IMG/VR virus record: IMGVR_UViG_3300035661_000005
Length of the DNA: 64,000 bases
Source: a virus
Taxonomy: Duplodnaviria > Caudoviricetes
Strand: one strand, 5' to 3'
The notes below the pieces were generated by a model. It was not told the DNA's origin. It did not search any database and was given only the letters and a program-made list of their open reading frames with translations. The translations under genes were made by a program, and so were the position numbers. Of this stretch, positions 60,445 through 64,000 are shown piece by piece; positions within the stretch are counted from its first letter, which is position 1; each line of letters begins with the position of its first letter.

Positions 60445-61578
60445 ATGGAGATGAGGATGGGTACGCTTTCCGCTCGGAATCTGACGCAGGCTCTTGCACA
60501 GGCCAAAAACATCGGCCTCGTGGAAGAGCCCTTCGTCATTGCAGGGCTCGCAGTCACGGTTCGCAACCTACGCCCGGATGAGCACGACGCCATCTACAAG
60601 GAGTGCCAAGGGCTCCAGGACGTAGAGTACATGAACGCCTGGCAGCTCGGGCATGCCTGCAGGGGCATCGTGGAGCTGAACGGGGTCGATCTCCGGGATG
60701 TCCAGTTCGTCGACGACGAGGAAGAGGACGCCAAGGGCAAGATCGTCAAGGTCAAGCGGGAGCTGCACACCTACCTGCTCAACAACGTGATCAACACGTG
60801 GGGCCGGGAGGTCATCTTCAACGTCTACCGCAAAGTCATCGACGCCATCGAGGCGGCGGAGCGGCGGGCCCAGGAGGGGATCACGTTCCGGGTCCAGGAT
60901 GAGTCGGCGGAGGACAAGTTCCGACGGCACATCGCGGAGGCCAAGGAGCTGGAGGACGATGTGCCGGATCGCATCCGGGACACCATCCTTTCGGAGCACG
61001 GGTACATCAAGCGGTCCACGGTCGAGGAGCTGGAGAAGGCGAACGAGAAGCTCGCCTCCATGGCGGCCCCGGAACCCGCTCCCGGGCCTGCACCCGTTCC
61101 GACCCCCGAACCCGCGGCAGTGGTGCCCCAGGCGGCCCCGCAACAGGCTCCCGAGCCCGGACCCCCGCCGGTCGACCGGATGGCGCACCTCCTCCGGAAT
61201 CGCAAGCCGCTGAACCAACAGCCGGCTGATGAGGTGGGTGTCCCGACCCCCGTTCCGACGCCAGCTGTCCCCCAGGTCCAGACGAGCCGTCCGACGCAGC
61301 CCGCCATTCCGGTCAACGCTACGCCCCAGGGTACTCTGACCGGCCGGTCGGCGGAGATGGCCAAGCTGGAGATGGACGCCGACATGATCGGTGCCCTGGA
61401 GGGGTCCACGCAGTCTCCTCCGATGGTGACACCCCAGACGGCGGTAGCGGGATCCCAGCCCATCCCGGAGCTGCGCCTCACGCCAGAGGGTCGGTTCGAT
61501 CCGAAGGCTGCGGCCGGGATCATCGACACGCCTCCCGTGGGGGGCATCAATCCCAGGTTCCGTCCCCCGCCGAGGTAA
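60445..61578 (+). CDS. Tail assembly chaperone with a Pro-rich C-terminal tail
   Basis: VTVRNLRPDEH...LGHACRGIVELNGVDL...INTWGREVIFNVY..V. Located between the tube and tape measure genes. The start may be 60457. Confidence 0.65.
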   Translation: MEMRMGTLSARNLTQALAQAKNIGLVEEPFVIAGLAVTVRNLRPDEHDAIYKECQGLQDVEYMNAWQLGHACRGIVELNGVDLRDVQFVDDEEEDAKGKIVKVKRELHTYLLNNVINTWGREVIFNVYRKVIDAIEAAERRAQEGITFRVQDESAEDKFRRHIAEAKELEDDVPDRIRDTILSEHGYIKRSTVEELEKANEKLASMAAPEPAPGPAPVPTPEPAAVVPQAAPQQAPEPGPPPVDRMAHLLRNRKPLNQQPADEVGVPTPVPTPAVPQVQTSRPTQPAIPVNATPQGTLTGRSAEMAKLEMDADMIGALEGSTQSPPMVTPQTAVAGSQPIPELRLTPEGRFDPKAAAGIIDTPPVGGINPRFRPPPR

Positions 61579-61581
61579 GCC

Positions 61582-62853
61582 ATGCGGGGGCGTAGGAAGG
61601 CGGCAGCTACATACGAAGATGAGCAGGCCGACCTACGCGGGGAGGCTGGGGAGGACGACTCCGACATCACGATCACCGCTCCCAAGGAGCCGGAGGTCAA
61701 CCCGGAGGTCTACAAGGACGTCACCGTCCTGCTGACCAAGGGGTTCCTTTACGTCCCAGCGATGATCGGGGATGTGTCCTTCGTCTTTAAGAGCCTCAAC
61801 CACCACGAGTTTGAGCTGGTGCGGCTTCTGAGTGGGGCGACGGACAACACCATCCCCCGGCGCTTCTGGGACCTGTTCCTGGCCAATATGGTCCTCTTCG
61901 TGGACGGGCTCAACGTCCTCGTCGATCGTCAGCGGCACATTCCGAAGCTTGCGGACACCTTCAAGGACATGCCGAATGCTGCTCGGCAGAAGCTGATCCG
62001 CCAGCTGTCCGATCTGAATCGCCGGGTTTCTAACGCTACGATCCTAGTCGAAGCCTACTCGACGGAGAGCTACTCCAGGTGGCGGTGGGCACAGGTTCAG
62101 GGGCTCGACCTCATGTCCCCCGCTCTGACGGGGATCGCGGGGACGGAGACGGTGGGCCTCTGTTGGGGGCAGCTTATCTGGCGTGCCCTCAACTACTACG
62201 AGGACGTGCGGCACCGGCAGGACGTTGACTGGGAAAACGCCAAGTTCGTGGGCGGATGTATGGCCGGAAAGGGCCTGCAGAAGATCCACAACCAGGACAT
62301 GCAGCGCCGGCAGAAGGAGCGGCAGGAGCGCTGGAATCACAAGGACCAGCTCATCCGACACGTGGTCTTCGGTGACCCGCTGGAGGCGGACAAACGCTAC
62401 GGCGGGGCGGAGGTTGTCCAGGTTGCGAGCACTGTTGAGGAGCTTGCTGACCAGGTGCAGCGGTCCCTCCGTGGCGAGAAGGACTGGCACGACGAGATGA
62501 TCGAGGCGCACGAGCGCACGATTCGGGAGCGCTTCCAGAGTCAGCGGGACCATCTCACGACCCTCGTGGAAGCGCGGGACGTCGAGATGGGTGGCCGCAG
62601 CGTGGTCGGTGGCACCGACATCGTGGGCCTCACGCCCGCTCAGGTGGCGGAGCGGATCGCTCAGCAGAAGGAACGGGAGCTGGCCGCACTGGCCTTGCCC
62701 GCCAAGCATCCCGAGTTGTTCGACGACAAGGTTGCTACCGTCATCGATCGCTACGGCCTTTCTGGGGCGATTCCGAAAACGGACGCCCCGACGGAGGGTG
62801 TGATTCCTCTTCAACCCCAGCGTAATGCAGGGAAGCCCTGGCGAGGTCGCTGA
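61582..62853 (+). CDS. Second tail assembly chaperone-like protein
   Basis: FVFKSLNHHEF...FLAN.VLFVDG.NVL domain, then WRALNYYED. Immediately upstream of the tape measure gene. Confidence 0.55.
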   Translation: MRGRRKAAATYEDEQADLRGEAGEDDSDITITAPKEPEVNPEVYKDVTVLLTKGFLYVPAMIGDVSFVFKSLNHHEFELVRLLSGATDNTIPRRFWDLFLANMVLFVDGLNVLVDRQRHIPKLADTFKDMPNAARQKLIRQLSDLNRRVSNATILVEAYSTESYSRWRWAQVQGLDLMSPALTGIAGTETVGLCWGQLIWRALNYYEDVRHRQDVDWENAKFVGGCMAGKGLQKIHNQDMQRRQKERQERWNHKDQLIRHVVFGDPLEADKRYGGAEVVQVASTVEELADQVQRSLRGEKDWHDEMIEAHERTIRERFQSQRDHLTTLVEARDVEMGGRSVVGGTDIVGLTPAQVAERIAQQKERELAALALPAKHPELFDDKVATVIDRYGLSGAIPKTDAPTEGVIPLQPQRNAGKPWRGR

Positions 62854-64000
62854 TGGCCGATAACGAAGTAGTCACAGTCGAGATGGGTGTCGATATGTCG
62901 ACGGCCGAACGGGCCATGTCGACGTTTCGCAGCGTTTATGCGAAGCAGATCGGCCTCATCAAGAAGGCGACGGACAAGTCCACCGCGGGGATGGTGCGGG
63001 GCTTCAAGGCGTACTTCCGCCAGCAGTCGGACACCATCAAGGCGCAGACGACCGCTCTCGGCGTTCAGAAGAAGGCCACCGCGGAGGTCGAGCGCCTTAC
63101 CCGAGCCATTGAGGATCAGAGGGCTAGCCTTGATCATCTGATCAAGGCAAAGGCGCAGAGCATCACTCTTACTGAGAAGGAAAACGCTGAGCTTGAGGAC
63201 GGGCTGGCCGCGATCCAACGACGCACGACAGAAATGAAGGAGTACGCCAAGGTGGCCGAGGAGGCCTCCAAGGCTGCCAAGGAGGCCAAGACCCTCGCTG
63301 GTGCGAAGATCGAATTCCTCACGGAGGACGTCCAGAAGGTCTTCAAGGAGGGTGGGGAAGCTATTGCCGACTCCTTCCGATCGGTCTTGCAGAAGGATGC
63401 CCCCGAGGCTTTCAAGGGGTTTGGCAAGCTCCTCGCGATGGGCCTCAAGGGAACGGGCGGGCTCGGGAACAAGCTCAGCGGGGCTGGAAGCAAGCTGTGG
63501 GGCAAGGGTTCCGAGATGGCATCGAAGGGCGGTGCCATGAACAAGGTCGGTGGTATCAGCCTGGGCGTCCTGGGTGGGATCGCGAAGGCGATAGGCCCTG
63601 TTCTTCAGCTCGTCAGCAAGCTCGAACCCCTCGTCAGCATGCTCAGCTCTGTCGGCATGAGCCTGGTCAAGCTCTTCATCGACTCCGAGGCCGTGGTCAA
63701 GGACATCCACAAGGAGCTGCTCGCTACGGGTGGGGCGGGGGAATTCCTCTACACCACGTTCGACGGTGTGCATGCCAACGTACAGAAGGCTGATGGCGCT
63801 GCTGCCGATCTGGGTGGTACGCTTAAGAACATCACGGACTCGGCTCTGAATCTGAACCAGAGCATCAAGGGTATCAGTGATGTTGGCAAGCTCGCGAACA
63901 TGCAGTGGGGCATCCAGAAGGAAACCCACACGCAGGTCATCGGTGCGCTTGAGGCCGAGGGTGTCAGCCTCAAGGCGCTCAATAACCAGTACGCAGATCT
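62853..64000 (+). CDS. Tape measure protein, 3'-partial (missing from the ORF track)
   Basis: TGATG overlap, then MADNEVVTVEMGVDMSTAERAMSTF..., open to the window end. Helical Ala/Gly/Lys-rich with coiled coil. Follows the tube and chaperone genes. Confidence 0.8.
   Translation, partial: MADNEVVTVEMGVDMSTAERAMSTFRSVYAKQIGLIKKATDKSTAGMVRGFKAYFRQQSDTIKAQTTALGVQKKATAEVERLTRAIEDQRASLDHLIKAKAQSITLTEKENAELEDGLAAIQRRTTEMKEYAKVAEEASKAAKEAKTLAGAKIEFLTEDVQKVFKEGGEAIADSFRSVLQKDAPEAFKGFGKLLAMGLKGTGGLGNKLSGAGSKLWGKGSEMASKGGAMNKVGGISLGVLGGIAKAIGPVLQLVSKLEPLVSMLSSVGMSLVKLFIDSEAVVKDIHKELLATGGAGEFLYTTFDGVHANVQKADGAAADLGGTLKNITDSALNLNQSIKGISDVGKLANMQWGIQKETHTQVIGALEAEGVSLKALNNQYAD

Noticed and set aside
61570-61590. 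Programmed frameshift or read-through between the tail chaperones (lambda G/GT type)
   Set aside because: The two ORFs are already in the same frame, separated by TAA GCC. The second has its own SD (GAGG) and ATG, and I saw no slippery heptamer at the junction.
498-63540. Alternative + frame ORFs rich in R/S/P/G (e.g. 4579-5268, 11806-12447, 20536-21441)
   Set aside because: Off-frame products of high-GC coding sequence that overlap well-supported genes.
804-63929. Many long minus-strand ORFs (e.g. 804-2186, 3216-5213, 7292-9952, 24305-25705, 47634-49133, 51926-53773, 54503-55849, 62811-63929)
   Set aside because: They are exact antisense shadows of GC3-biased + strand genes. They lack SDs and motifs, and their composition (V/L/G/R/H-rich) is typical of the reverse-complement frame.
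45912-64000. Tailocin, extracellular contractile injection system or T6SS
   Set aside because: Portal, protease, scaffold, capsid and neck genes are present in the same operon, so this is a complete phage head-tail module.
1-64000. Stop-codon recoding, as in some large phages
   Set aside because: Under code 11 genes are full-length and abut each other, and TAA, TAG and TGA all end well-supported genes.
1-64000. Nucleus-forming phage hallmarks (chimallin, PhuZ tubulin, multisubunit RNAP), terminase, tRNAs
   Set aside because: No tubulin GGGTG(S/T)G motif, RNAP motifs, terminase Walker motifs or cloverleaf structures were recognised. They could lie outside the window.

Overview
This window is 64 kb of the virion morphogenesis region of a GC-rich, large tailed phage with a contractile tail (jumbo-phage-like myovirus). 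It is almost entirely on the + strand and uses the standard genetic code. Gene order: portal (with a LAGLIDADG intein), putative internal head proteins, prohead protease (with a LAGLIDADG intein), Gln-rich scaffold, decoration protein, a ~293-aa HK97-fold major capsid protein, about 20 fibre/Ig-like/neck proteins, a Dps/ferritin-like protein, an actin-fold ATPase, and a 1428-aa tail sheath. A 9.4-kb block then follows (free-standing endonuclease, UvrD-like helicase with an intein, XRE regulator, DHH-like protein), and after it the tail tube, two tail chaperones and the start of the tape measure. I saw no terminase, tRNA, rRNA or CRISPR array. Three layers are not explained by the gene list. 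(1) A pyrimidine-rich 11-mer (WWYYYYYYTRT) sits in front of about 14 starts and looks like a late promoter; two copies lie inside one long ORF and drive in-frame nested starts. (2) A [KR]-x-A motif clusters at the termini and domain junctions of head-associated proteins and also brackets the helicase and the ferritin-like protein, suggesting a maturation-protease tag that marks packaged cargo. (3) An actin-like ATPase is embedded among the neck and tail genes. All family assignments come from motifs recognised by eye; no database search was run.
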